Shown one piece after another: positions 28,864 to 38,075 of a stretch of DNA of 64,000 nt. This DNA comes from an uncultured Methanolobus sp. GTDB lineage: Archaea > Halobacteriota > Methanosarcinia > Methanosarcinales > Methanosarcinaceae. The notes under the pieces are model-generated. The model was not told the origin of the DNA and ran no database searches. It saw only the letters and a list, made by a program, of their open reading frames with translations. A program made the translations under genes and the position numbers. The DNA lies in NCBI GenBank assembly GCA_963675495.1, contig OY776215.1:2080001-2144000 (forward strand), read 5' to 3'. Positions within the stretch are counted from its first letter, which is position 1; every line of letters starts with the position of its first letter.

Positions 28864-30660
28864 ATGGATTTCGACTTAAAAACACTTCCTGCATTGCCCG
28901 GCGTCTATCTTATGAAAGATAGTTCCGGTGATATCATATATGTTGGCAAGGCCAAGTCCCTGGATAAGAGGGTACGCCAGTATTTCCAGTCTAAGAGGAA
29001 TCTCTCTCCAAAAACAGTGACACTGGTCAGGCATATCGATGATATTGACTATATTGTTACTGATTCTGAGATAGACGCTCTCGTGCTTGAAGCAAATCTT
29101 ATCAAAAAGTACAGACCTCGTTATAATATAAGGTTGAAGGACGATAAACGCTATCCTTATGTCAAGGTTACTGTTAATTCTGCGTTTCCCCGCATATTCC
29201 TCACTCGAAAAAGGCTAATGGATGGGGCTCTCTATTTCGGTCCTTACACTAATGCAAAGGCTATCCGAACAACACTTGACCTGATCTCACGGATTTTCAT
29301 GCTTCGACGCTGCAGGAAGAAGATAGAGCCGGGAAAATCCCGTCCCTGCCTCAATTACCATATCAAACGTTGCATGGGTCCCTGTAGGGAAGGGCTAGAT
29401 AAGGAAGAATATCGCAAAAGGGTGATGGAGGCAGTTCGTTTTCTGAAAGGTGAGACGTCGGGGATCTTAAAGGAATTGGAAGCAAAGATGAGATCACTTG
29501 CTGAGGCACAGGATTATGAATCTGCTGCTGAGGTACGGGACCAGATCGAATCTGTAAAATATCTATCAGAGCAGCAGATTGCAACATCTGGGATTGACGA
29601 CCGTGATGTACTGGCTGCAGTATCTGACGGGAAAACGATATACATACAGGTTTTCTATGTGCGCCATGGTAGTATGGTCGGCAAGGCGGACTTCACACTT
29701 CTTGGTGCTGATGTATCCGAAAATATTGAAGAATCCATGGCTCAGTTTGTAAAGCAGTATTATCAGGACTCTCCAATTCCTCCGGAAATACTTGTTCAGT
29801 ATGAGCTTCCTGAGAAGGAACTCATAGTAAGGTGGCTTTGCCAGCGCTCCGGCAGGGATGTGAAGGTACATGTACCACAGAGGGGTGAAAAGAAAAAACT
29901 CATTGAAATGGCTGAAAGAAATGCTCATATGTCCATGAGGATGGCACAATTAAAGCCCGCACCTTCAGAATCAGCAATTACAGCACTTGAGGAATTGCAA
30001 AAGGTCTTGTCTTTGGATTCCCTGCCCCTGCACATCGAAGGCTTTGACATTTCAAATATATCAGGCACTAATGCGGTTGGTTCAATGGTCTATTTTGAAA
30101 ATGGCATACCTGCTAACAACAAGTACAGGCAGCATAATATCAAAACAGTGAAGGGTATCGACGATTTTGCCATGATGGCTGAGGTCGTGCACAGGAGATA
30201 CTCACGTTTGATCAAAAATAATGAACCAATGCCTGACTTAATTCTCATAGACGGAGGTCCGGGCCAGGTGAGTGCAGCCAAATCCTCTACTGATGCTCTT
30301 GGTCTTAATATACCCTTGATTGGTCTTGCAAAGAGATTCGAGCATATAATCACCACCAAAAAAGGTCCCGATGAAGTTATAATTCTCCCACACACGTCAT
30401 CTGCCTTAAAAATGCTGATGCATATTCGTGATGAGGCGCACAGGTTCGCAGTAAGTTCCCACAGGCGAAGGCGGTCTGCCAGTCTTACGCATTCGGAACT
30501 GGACTCCATTCCTGGTGTGGGGCCTTCCAGAAAGCGTGTTTTACTTGAGAACTTCGATTCCATTGATAAGATAAGGTCTGCTTCAGTGGGGGATCTGTCT
30601 GGTCTTGATGGTATAAGTGAGCAACTCGCAAAAAGGATACTTGAACATTTGGGGAAATAA
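28864..30660 (+). CDS. uvrC: Excinuclease ABC subunit C
   Basis: GIY-YIG (GVYLM...YVGKA), UVR domain, FDISN, DGGPGQ, HhH. Confidence 0.97.
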   Translation: MDFDLKTLPALPGVYLMKDSSGDIIYVGKAKSLDKRVRQYFQSKRNLSPKTVTLVRHIDDIDYIVTDSEIDALVLEANLIKKYRPRYNIRLKDDKRYPYVKVTVNSAFPRIFLTRKRLMDGALYFGPYTNAKAIRTTLDLISRIFMLRRCRKKIEPGKSRPCLNYHIKRCMGPCREGLDKEEYRKRVMEAVRFLKGETSGILKELEAKMRSLAEAQDYESAAEVRDQIESVKYLSEQQIATSGIDDRDVLAAVSDGKTIYIQVFYVRHGSMVGKADFTLLGADVSENIEESMAQFVKQYYQDSPIPPEILVQYELPEKELIVRWLCQRSGRDVKVHVPQRGEKKKLIEMAERNAHMSMRMAQLKPAPSESAITALEELQKVLSLDSLPLHIEGFDISNISGTNAVGSMVYFENGIPANNKYRQHNIKTVKGIDDFAMMAEVVHRRYSRLIKNNEPMPDLILIDGGPGQVSAAKSSTDALGLNIPLIGLAKRFEHIITTKKGPDEVIILPHTSSALKMLMHIRDEAHRFAVSSHRRRRSASLTHSELDSIPGVGPSRKRVLLENFDSIDKIRSASVGDLSGLDGISEQLAKRILEHLGK

Positions 30661-30756
30661 GTAATCTAATTAATACTGTTGCGGCAAAAATAAATACTGT
30701 GCGTCAAATATACCTTAGTGGATTTATTTTTGGTAAAAATGGTAAAGTGTGATTAA

Positions 30757-31488
30757 ATGGGTAACGAGTTAGATTTTTATGGGAATATTCATCATCCTGA
30801 CATCAGGATGCTTCATGATATGGACGAGGTAGTGCATGATCAGGCATGGCTGCGCTCGCAGGACAACATTGAACTTTATTACATGTATCGTGACCTCTCA
30901 AAGAATGGGTCTGACCACAAAATAATAGAAGAAAACGGTCTCAGGTATGACATTACTATAATTCCTCCTGCAATGTTGGGTGATGAATACGTCAAGACTG
31001 CCGGTCATTATCATCCTGCGGTTCCGGGGCAGAATGTGTCATATGCTGAACTCTATCAGGTACTGGAAGGCGAGGCTACCTACCTTCTTCAGAAGGCAGA
31101 AGGTGACAGGATCGTCGATGTAATTGTTTGTGAGGCAAAGGCAGGGGATCTTGCTCTTGTTCCGCCGGGTTATGGTCATATAACCATCAATAATTCAGAC
31201 GATACGCTTAAAATGGCTAACTGGGTATGCCGTGATTTTGAATCTCTTTATGAGCCTATTAAGAAACTCTTCGGTGGGGCATACTATCTTCTGACCGGTG
31301 GGTTTGAAAAGAATCCGGATTACAGGGAAGTACCGGATATACGATTCATAAAACCAATGGATTATCCCGAAGCTGGTCTTTTCTGCGGCGAGGATATGTA
31401 TGATATCGTGAACGATATAGGTAAACTCGATTTCCTTGTTCATCCGCAGGACCATATGGAAATATTCGGGAAGATAACATCTCTTTGA
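30757..31488 (+). CDS. Cupin-type glucose-6-phosphate isomerase
   Basis: KTAGHYH, ELYQVLEG, VPPGYGH. Confidence 0.88.
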   Translation: MGNELDFYGNIHHPDIRMLHDMDEVVHDQAWLRSQDNIELYYMYRDLSKNGSDHKIIEENGLRYDITIIPPAMLGDEYVKTAGHYHPAVPGQNVSYAELYQVLEGEATYLLQKAEGDRIVDVIVCEAKAGDLALVPPGYGHITINNSDDTLKMANWVCRDFESLYEPIKKLFGGAYYLLTGGFEKNPDYREVPDIRFIKPMDYPEAGLFCGEDMYDIVNDIGKLDFLVHPQDHMEIFGKITSL

Positions 31489-31554
31489 ATAGTATCTTTT
31501 TACTATGAGAAACTATAAATGGTTGGCAGCTACTAAACGGTTAGAGGTATATCT

Positions 31555-32310
31555 TTGCAAAGGAATAACCAGATTCAATTCACGTCATCGAAAATAGAGG
31601 ATTTGATGTTCAGAACGACGTTCGATCCTAAAACAATGGAAGGAGACGTGATTGTAAATCTCTCTCTTGTAAACAAACAGGATTTTGATGATGTTCTCAA
31701 GATATTCACCATGGCCATCAATAGCGGGCTCTCTGTAAGTCCGTTGCTAAAGATCCTTCATGAGGGGGATTCGATTGGTGACCGTAAGATCGGTGAAGGC
31801 GAGGTTGGCTTTGCAACTGTGTGCAGTATCACTATTGATGGGCTCCTTTTAAAGGCTGGTGTAATGGTTAAACCACGTTTTGGCGGTCTTGTTGAAATTC
31901 GTGATGGTGACCCTATGCGTTTCACAAATGTCCTGACATATCAGAGTACTACAATAGATCCTCTTGAGGTTCTGATGTCACAGGAAATCACATCTGTCAT
32001 GAGTATGCTCAAAACAGGTTCTGGTAAAATACTTGCTAATCTGCGTGAAGCTCCCATGGTAACCAGGGATACTATAGACAGTACTCTTTCTGATATGGTC
32101 GATGCCGGAATAAATGGTATCCTTGAAGTGGGCGAACCAAATACAAGAATACTGGATGTACCTGTAGAGCGTGACCATCTCGGTATTGTTGTTATTGGTG
32201 GTACTAATCCCATGGCAATAGTCCAGGAACACGGCATTCCAATAAGGACCAATGCAATGTCAACACTTATGGATATCAACAAACTTTCCCACATCAATGA
32301 TGTTGTTTGA
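31555..32310 (+). CDS. nrpRII: NrpRII-type nitrogen regulator (NRD domains, no HTH)
   Basis: [23 protein letters not shown]; lacks N-terminal wHTH; TTG start after GAGG. Confidence 0.8.
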   Translation: MQRNNQIQFTSSKIEDLMFRTTFDPKTMEGDVIVNLSLVNKQDFDDVLKIFTMAINSGLSVSPLLKILHEGDSIGDRKIGEGEVGFATVCSITIDGLLLKAGVMVKPRFGGLVEIRDGDPMRFTNVLTYQSTTIDPLEVLMSQEITSVMSMLKTGSGKILANLREAPMVTRDTIDSTLSDMVDAGINGILEVGEPNTRILDVPVERDHLGIVVIGGTNPMAIVQEHGIPIRTNAMSTLMDINKLSHINDVV

Positions 32311-32316
32311 TGTGGT

Positions 32317-33699
32317 TCACGTTTTCATTAACTGCGCCGCGATAGTTGAATTGAGTTTCTGAATGAACTCTTCTTTTTTGCCAGGTGGTACTGAAGCCCC
32401 TGCTGCAATATCATGGCCACCGCCTGCTCCTCCAAGTTCCTTACACACAATGCTCAAAGCATCTGCAAGATTGAGGCCTTTATTGATAAGTTCCTGTGTT
32501 CCTCTTGCAGATACTTTATAGCCGTCATCCTTGTCTGCAAATGCTATGATGGGTAGTTTACGGTTGCCTGTTGAGAAGTGGCTCATTCCTGCAACAATGC
32601 CTACTATGGTTTCAGGGATTAAGCTTCCTGCATCGAAATACTGGAGGTGTGAAAGTTCGGTGATTCCGTTGTCCCTGACGAAATTCAGTCCGTCTACAAG
32701 GTTCTTACGATGGTTTTGCAGAAGGTCCTGTGCTTCCCTGTAGGCTTCGTCCCGGTTGCCCATGCACACCTGCATTCCAACTTCCGCTTTCATATATCTG
32801 CCTGTGGCATTAAGGAGTGTGGAATATTCTGATGCGTCTCTCATTTCAGTACCTGCCTGTTCGGAAAGGAGTATGTAGCCCTCTGATACCAGCCTGCCGA
32901 TATTGTAGGATGACATGCCGTGTTGCATGGAGTATTGCATAAGGGATGATGTAACTTTCATCTTTTCTTCTTTAGAAAGGTCTATCCATCTTCTCCATTT
33001 CTCATCATTTGAGAACTGAAGGCCTACCCTGGCAAGGAAGTCAATACATGCATCCTCATTACCGGTGAGCCCGGGAATAAATGGGTCGGATGAATACTGT
33101 ATCATTTTGTACACTGGACGTGTCTGTTTTCCAAAAAGTGAGATATCCTTTTTAGGAATTATTACTGCAGGATTTGCTTCAAGTATCATCCTGTTAAGGC
33201 TTACAAGTTTTCCATGCTTGCGATTTTGCATGTCACCAACACATCCTACTACTGCAAGGTCCGCAAGGTCACGGTTGTCGCCAAGCTGGGATGCAAGTAT
33301 AAATGTTGTCCCTGAACCACTTATTTCGTAAGAGCCATTTGCTCCGTAAAGATGGGGGTTCAGGTGATATTTATTTTCTCCTTGTGGTCGGTGATGGTCT
33401 GAAACAACAGCATGCACTCCGTAATTATTGATATGCTCCAGTTGCCCGCTTCCAAGGTCTGTGAATATCGTAAGTTCCGTGTTCATGTCCGCAAGTTTCT
33501 CTACGATCGTCTCATCAAGTTGTTTGACAAACATCATCTCAGAGCCGATACCTGCTCTTTCCAGAGCTTTTGAAATAATGGCTGCTGATGTTATTCCATC
33601 TGCATCGATGTGGGATACCAGCTGTATCTCATCGTATTTTTTGATCTCTTCAGCGCATTCCTGGGCATGCTTTGCCATCATGGCCATAGTTTCAGACAT
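32317..33699 (-). CDS. RecJ-like DHH/DHHA1 phosphoesterase
   Basis: HIDADG, DLGS, SDHH, GGGHDIAAG. Confidence 0.92.
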   Translation of the reverse strand: MSETMAMMAKHAQECAEEIKKYDEIQLVSHIDADGITSAAIISKALERAGIGSEMMFVKQLDETIVEKLADMNTELTIFTDLGSGQLEHINNYGVHAVVSDHHRPQGENKYHLNPHLYGANGSYEISGSGTTFILASQLGDNRDLADLAVVGCVGDMQNRKHGKLVSLNRMILEANPAVIIPKKDISLFGKQTRPVYKMIQYSSDPFIPGLTGNEDACIDFLARVGLQFSNDEKWRRWIDLSKEEKMKVTSSLMQYSMQHGMSSYNIGRLVSEGYILLSEQAGTEMRDASEYSTLLNATGRYMKAEVGMQVCMGNRDEAYREAQDLLQNHRKNLVDGLNFVRDNGITELSHLQYFDAGSLIPETIVGIVAGMSHFSTGNRKLPIIAFADKDDGYKVSARGTQELINKGLNLADALSIVCKELGGAGGGHDIAAGASVPPGKKEEFIQKLNSTIAAQLMKT

Positions 33700-33711
33700 G
33701 TTATTATCCTC

Positions 33712-34209
33712 TCATTCTATCAATCTGGATTTTTTCCATCCCTTTGGATCGATCAGGTATTTGTTACTCGCTCTTTCTATTCTCGGGTAACTCTGTATCT
33801 CTTCGACAGTTACCTTTGGAGTGCCTTCTTCATTATATTTTTTGCAAAGCTCTGTCCATGGTATCATATATGCTTCTCTTGCACGTCCGACACCCATTTT
33901 CAATTCAACTGCAAGAAATCCTGTCCTACCTGATCTCAATAAAAAATCGGATATTCTTTCTATCTGGTGGGCACCATTCTTATCAGTTGTGAAATGCTGT
34001 GTAAAATAAAGTGCCTTTGCACCTTTATCCACAGAAATGCTCTTGCATTCGATTCCCATATAATAGTCCGGGTCAAGCGAATCAACAAGTACATCCAGAA
34101 ACTGTGATGTGAATCTGTGCTGTTTGAGTCGATAAGCTATTCCCTTCATTTTTTTCTCTTCGAAGAAGGCGTTGAACGACTGGACAAGTACTCTTTCAAA
34201 TTCTGTCAT
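33712..34209 (-). CDS. PD-(D/E)xK nuclease-fold protein (RecU/Hjc-like)
   Basis: N-terminal FER, LDVLVD...IECKS catalytic pattern. Confidence 0.6.
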   Translation of the reverse strand: MTEFERVLVQSFNAFFEEKKMKGIAYRLKQHRFTSQFLDVLVDSLDPDYYMGIECKSISVDKGAKALYFTQHFTTDKNGAHQIERISDFLLRSGRTGFLAVELKMGVGRAREAYMIPWTELCKKYNEEGTPKVTVEEIQSYPRIERASNKYLIDPKGWKKSRLIE

Positions 34210-34320
34210 TGTATTATCACGTTTTTGGAATTATATTCTTTTCAAGGTTATATTAAATATTGCCTTGATTATATTATGTAACTCGTTAGATTGATGTACC
34301 TGTTAACTCAATTAGCAGTG

Positions 34321-34503
34321 ATGAACAAGAAAAATTTGGAAATCATATCTTCAATAGGTTCTGTAGTATTGTTAATGGTACTTTTTGCCGCAGCACATCG
34401 GATGAGGGATATATTTCCTCAGGAATACGGGTTTATTTTCTCACTTGTGATATTCATAGTTGCTATGTCTGTTGTCGGGCTGAAGTTGAATGAAATGAAT
34501 TGA
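34321..34503 (+). CDS. Small two-helix membrane protein
   Basis: 60 aa, two hydrophobic segments. Confidence 0.55.
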   Translation: MNKKNLEIISSIGSVVLLMVLFAAAHRMRDIFPQEYGFIFSLVIFIVAMSVVGLKLNEMN

Positions 34504-34517
34504 GGGAATTTTGGCTA

Positions 34518-34937
34518 ATGTCAGTGTTCAGTGCTGAATTCACTCTGGATACATCCGGAAACGCGGATGTTCTGGACATTACTCCTTATGTTTCTGAGCT
34601 GGTTGCATCATCTGGTTTTAGTGATGGGATTGTGCTCGCATATGTTCCAGGTTCAACTGCAGGAATAACGACTATTGAATTTGAACCTGGTCTGGTCCGT
34701 GATCTTAAAGAAGCGCTTGAAAGGCTGGCTCCGCAAGATATTACTTATTTTCACAATGAGCGTTGGCACGATGGCAATGGACATTCTCATATCAGAGCAT
34801 CTTTCATAGGCCAAAGTGAGTCGTTCCCTCTTATCAATGGGGATATTCTGCTTGGCACATGGCAGCAGATAATACTCGTGGATCTTGATAATCGTCCACG
34901 TTCAAGAAAAGTTCACGTGCAGGTATGCGGTGAATAA
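34518..34937 (+). CDS. yjbQ: YjbQ/UPF0047 family protein
   Basis: GSTAGIT, NGHSHIRAS, LGTWQQI. Confidence 0.9.
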   Translation: MSVFSAEFTLDTSGNADVLDITPYVSELVASSGFSDGIVLAYVPGSTAGITTIEFEPGLVRDLKEALERLAPQDITYFHNERWHDGNGHSHIRASFIGQSESFPLINGDILLGTWQQIILVDLDNRPRSRKVHVQVCGE

Positions 34938-34958
34938 AAGTTGAAAATAGAAAGTATT

Positions 34959-34975
34959 TCCGGCATTTAGCCGGA
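34959..34975. terminator. Hairpin between convergent yjbQ and DUF1699 genes
   Basis: TCCGGC-ATTTA-GCCGGA followed by a T-run. Confidence 0.55.
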
Positions 34976-34987
34976 TATATATTTTTT

Positions 34988-35383
34988 TCATTGCTTGACA
35001 AGGAACTTGACAAAATCAGGGCTTAATCTTGTCTCTCTGATCATCTTGTCTTCTACGTCCTCATCGGAAAGTCCATCTTGTTTGTACTGTGCGATGCGGT
35101 CATAGACAGTCTGTGAAACTTCGGAGTATTCGTTGATGTCTTTCCTGTGGCCCCATACATCTCCTTCAAGGAGTTCGATTCCCTGCATCTCAAGGTACAT
35201 CTTTGCGGAGTTTGAGATTGTTCTCTTGTATGAGCTTGGGATATGAAGTGCTTTTACATTAGGACATTTCATTATAAGGGAAAATATGTCTGTGTTTGAA
35301 GGTCTGAATGCGAGGTGGATGATTTCTTCATTCGGGCCAAGTGTGTTAATCTCTTCTTTTGAACTTACTACTCTTATTTTCAT
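34988..35383 (-). CDS. DUF1699 family protein
   Basis: MKIRVVSS, HLAFRPSN, GDVWGHRKDINEY. Confidence 0.85.
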   Translation of the reverse strand: MKIRVVSSKEEINTLGPNEEIIHLAFRPSNTDIFSLIMKCPNVKALHIPSSYKRTISNSAKMYLEMQGIELLEGDVWGHRKDINEYSEVSQTVYDRIAQYKQDGLSDEDVEDKMIRETRLSPDFVKFLVKQ

Positions 35384-35465
35384 GTTTTACCTTCCTGTCT
35401 TTTATATTTGGGTTTTTCATCAAATTTTATGAATGGGAGTTTAGATTTTTTCTTTCTAAAAATTA

Positions 35466-35834
35466 GTGTATATACAAACGGTTATTTAAACATTGCTAAT
35501 ATAAGATTATATGCATGGTTTAAAGTAGTTTAATCGTATAATTTAGGATTTTATTTTGACAGTGCTGTTTGACAAAAAAACGCTATCTTCAGTTGCATAT
35601 CTACTTATTTTATACAGTCTCTTGCTTAATTACTTCTCACAACAGCTCACTTTTTCCTAATATATTTTTTAAAAATAAAATATATATTTCATTGTTAATA
35701 TTATTTCTTTTGAGTTGCCCTCTAAAATAGTTTGGTTTAATATCGACACGTTCTTTTTTTTGTATGTCTCGATTAACTTGATCTATGCATATTTGTACTA
35801 ATCTGTATGTTTGTTATATTCGTGTATATACAAA
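35466..35834. promoter_or_regulatory. Two copies of GTGTATATACAAA (palindromic core TGTATATACA) in a divergent promoter region
   Basis: Exact 13-mers at 35466-35478 and 35822-35834. Confidence 0.4.
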
Positions 35835-35950
35835 AATGGTTTCTCTGTATTATTTATTTTTAAAATAATAAGATAAGCTTATCGATTTTTGAGTAATTTG
35901 TTTTATTTAAGTGTAAACGCTTATATAATTCTATATCCAATTTAGGATAT

Positions 35951-36757
35951 GTGCTTCCAAAACTGTTACCTAAGTTGCGAGTGAAAAATGATGTAAAAAT
36001 AATTTATATTATATTTGGTATTATATTGACATATTTTTCAATATATATGCCTGATTTTATGAATGTAGCAGGCATGGAAGGCACAAAGATAAGCTCCGTT
36101 GTGTCCTTTGGAGCACTTAATGGTATGCTCTTTGGTCCTTTCTGGGGTTCCATCGTATCAACAACTGGTTTTCTTTTGTATGAACTAACAAGTGGCAAGT
36201 ATCTTTTAATGGATACATTTTCGGTACTTTCGATCCTATTCATTGCACTTAGTTCAATAGTTTCAGGTCTTGTCGTCAACAGGGAGCATAAGGCTGCAAA
36301 AAGCATATTTATTGTACTTATAGCTGCATGGTATATTCTTGATGTGGGGAGGGAAGCTTATTTTTATCCATGGTACCATTTGCTGATACTTGGTATCTTC
36401 ATATTTTTTGAGAAATCTATTTTGGTGAAAACCGTTACTTCAAAAATATATATATTCATGTCTCTGTTTTTGGCTTCTCTAATGGGTGTTCTGTCCGATC
36501 ACCTGGCAGGAAGTATCACATATTACCTATTATATGATCTGCCTGCAAATATGTATGAATCGGTAATATTTCTTTATCCGGTAGAACGGACAATTCTCGC
36601 ATTTTTCCCTGCATTTCTGGTCTATGTACTGGTTGTCGTGTTCAAGGACATAATCCTCTCATCAGGGGATGTCGAAAAAGATATTGAGGACAGGAAATCC
36701 CGGGACCTGGACGAATATCTTCAAACTGATGTATTGGACATTATAAAAGGAAAATAA
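35951..36757 (+). CDS. Membrane protein, ECF S-component-like topology
   Basis: 6-7 TM helices; GMLFGPFWG, SDHLAG, YPVER; start uncertain. Confidence 0.65.
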   Translation: MLPKLLPKLRVKNDVKIIYIIFGIILTYFSIYMPDFMNVAGMEGTKISSVVSFGALNGMLFGPFWGSIVSTTGFLLYELTSGKYLLMDTFSVLSILFIALSSIVSGLVVNREHKAAKSIFIVLIAAWYILDVGREAYFYPWYHLLILGIFIFFEKSILVKTVTSKIYIFMSLFLASLMGVLSDHLAGSITYYLLYDLPANMYESVIFLYPVERTILAFFPAFLVYVLVVVFKDIILSSGDVEKDIEDRKSRDLDEYLQTDVLDIIKGK

Positions 36758-36783
36758 AAAAGATACTCAATAATAATTAGTTC

Positions 36784-37530
36784 TTATTGCATTTCTACAA
36801 TTTTGTCTTTGATCTTTGTAATACTTTTAGAGAACAAATGTTCAGGTTCCGAGTGAACAAGTATTTCATTATTGCTACGAGTTGCAATTTCGCACATACA
36901 GGGTATAGCTGCAAGCACAGGTACTCCATATCTTTTTTTCTCGACGATGTCTGGACAATTACCATGGTGCATGTTATCTATGATCGCACATTTTTTGTCC
37001 AGAAGAGTATAAACACCTTTTACTAATTGCTCAGTGCAATTGGAACATGCCGTTGTATCATTGTGCACAATAATTATCATATCCGATGCTGCAACAGCAT
37101 TTATGGACTCATATTCTACACCTGGACTGGTATCGAACACGATAACATCAAAATTTTTGTCAGCAAGTTCTTTTTTCCCATTCATAAGTGCTTTAAGTGC
37201 CCCTGCCTGCCAGTTTCTATCCTTGCTCACAAGGTCTCTTATTTCCTTTATATCGGGATTAGCAAAGCTCACGTACAGGTGACCATCAGTTCCTATGTCC
37301 TTCTGAATGTCGTTCATGGTGTCTTTCAGGCTACATTTTCCTGATAGGAAATCGTTGATCCAGAAATGAGTTCCAGGCTCGAACATAGAACAGAGGGATG
37401 GTCCTCTAAGGTCCAGATCGATCAGGCATGTGTCTTTTCCTTCTAATGCAAAAGCTACTGCTAGATTTACCGCAATGCTTGTTTTTCCTGTTCCGCCTTT
37501 GGAGGAGTGTATTGCTAATGTGAGGCTCAT
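36784..37530 (-). CDS. MinD/ParA-family ATPase
   Basis: Deviant Walker A KGGTGKT, LIDLD, FDTSPG. Confidence 0.88.
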   Translation of the reverse strand: MSLTLAIHSSKGGTGKTSIAVNLAVAFALEGKDTCLIDLDLRGPSLCSMFEPGTHFWINDFLSGKCSLKDTMNDIQKDIGTDGHLYVSFANPDIKEIRDLVSKDRNWQAGALKALMNGKKELADKNFDVIVFDTSPGVEYESINAVAASDMIIIVHNDTTACSNCTEQLVKGVYTLLDKKCAIIDNMHHGNCPDIVEKKRYGVPVLAAIPCMCEIATRSNNEILVHSEPEHLFSKSITKIKDKIVEMQ

Positions 37531-37611
37531 GTTTCCTTCATTAATTATTGGTTGATTTTAATACTTTGAATCAATATTGAAATTTATCCAAAGAATTAAT
37601 GTCATTCTATA

Positions 37612-37971
37612 TTATTTTTTCTTCAAGCTCTCATTTATGCGGAAATAAACCTTTCTTCCGTCTCTATATTTTTTGATATGATTCATTCTGACAAGTTGGT
37701 TGAGATAATTACTTTCAACAGCTCTTTCCTTATTTGTCATGTTTGCGATCTCGTCTGCTGTTGCCGGACCAATTTCAAATAAAGTCGTTGCAGTAGTCCT
37801 TAAGTGATCTGGTAGGGAAAGTAGTGTTATTACATCAAGAGAATCTGCTATTATTTTGCTTTTCTCACCGACCGGATCTTCTTTGAACTCAGTCTGTAAA
37901 ATGAGCCGATCCAGTTTGGAGTTTATTTCTTTTAAATTATTGACAACCTGTTCGAGCAGTTCTGAGTCCAA
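37612..37971 (-). CDS. Winged-helix DNA-binding protein with N-terminal coiled coil
   Basis: ATADEIA...RAVESNYLNQL...GRKVYF wHTH; TTG start. Confidence 0.8.
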   Translation of the reverse strand: MDSELLEQVVNNLKEINSKLDRLILQTEFKEDPVGEKSKIIADSLDVITLLSLPDHLRTTATTLFEIGPATADEIANMTNKERAVESNYLNQLVRMNHIKKYRDGRKVYFRINESLKKK

Positions 37972-38075
37972 TATTTCGTCCCCTACGTTTTATCATCAGA
38001 ATAAACATTATTATTACTTATTAATATATTATGCTTATTCAACATGAGTTCTCTTTACTAATAATCCTTTCTGGT

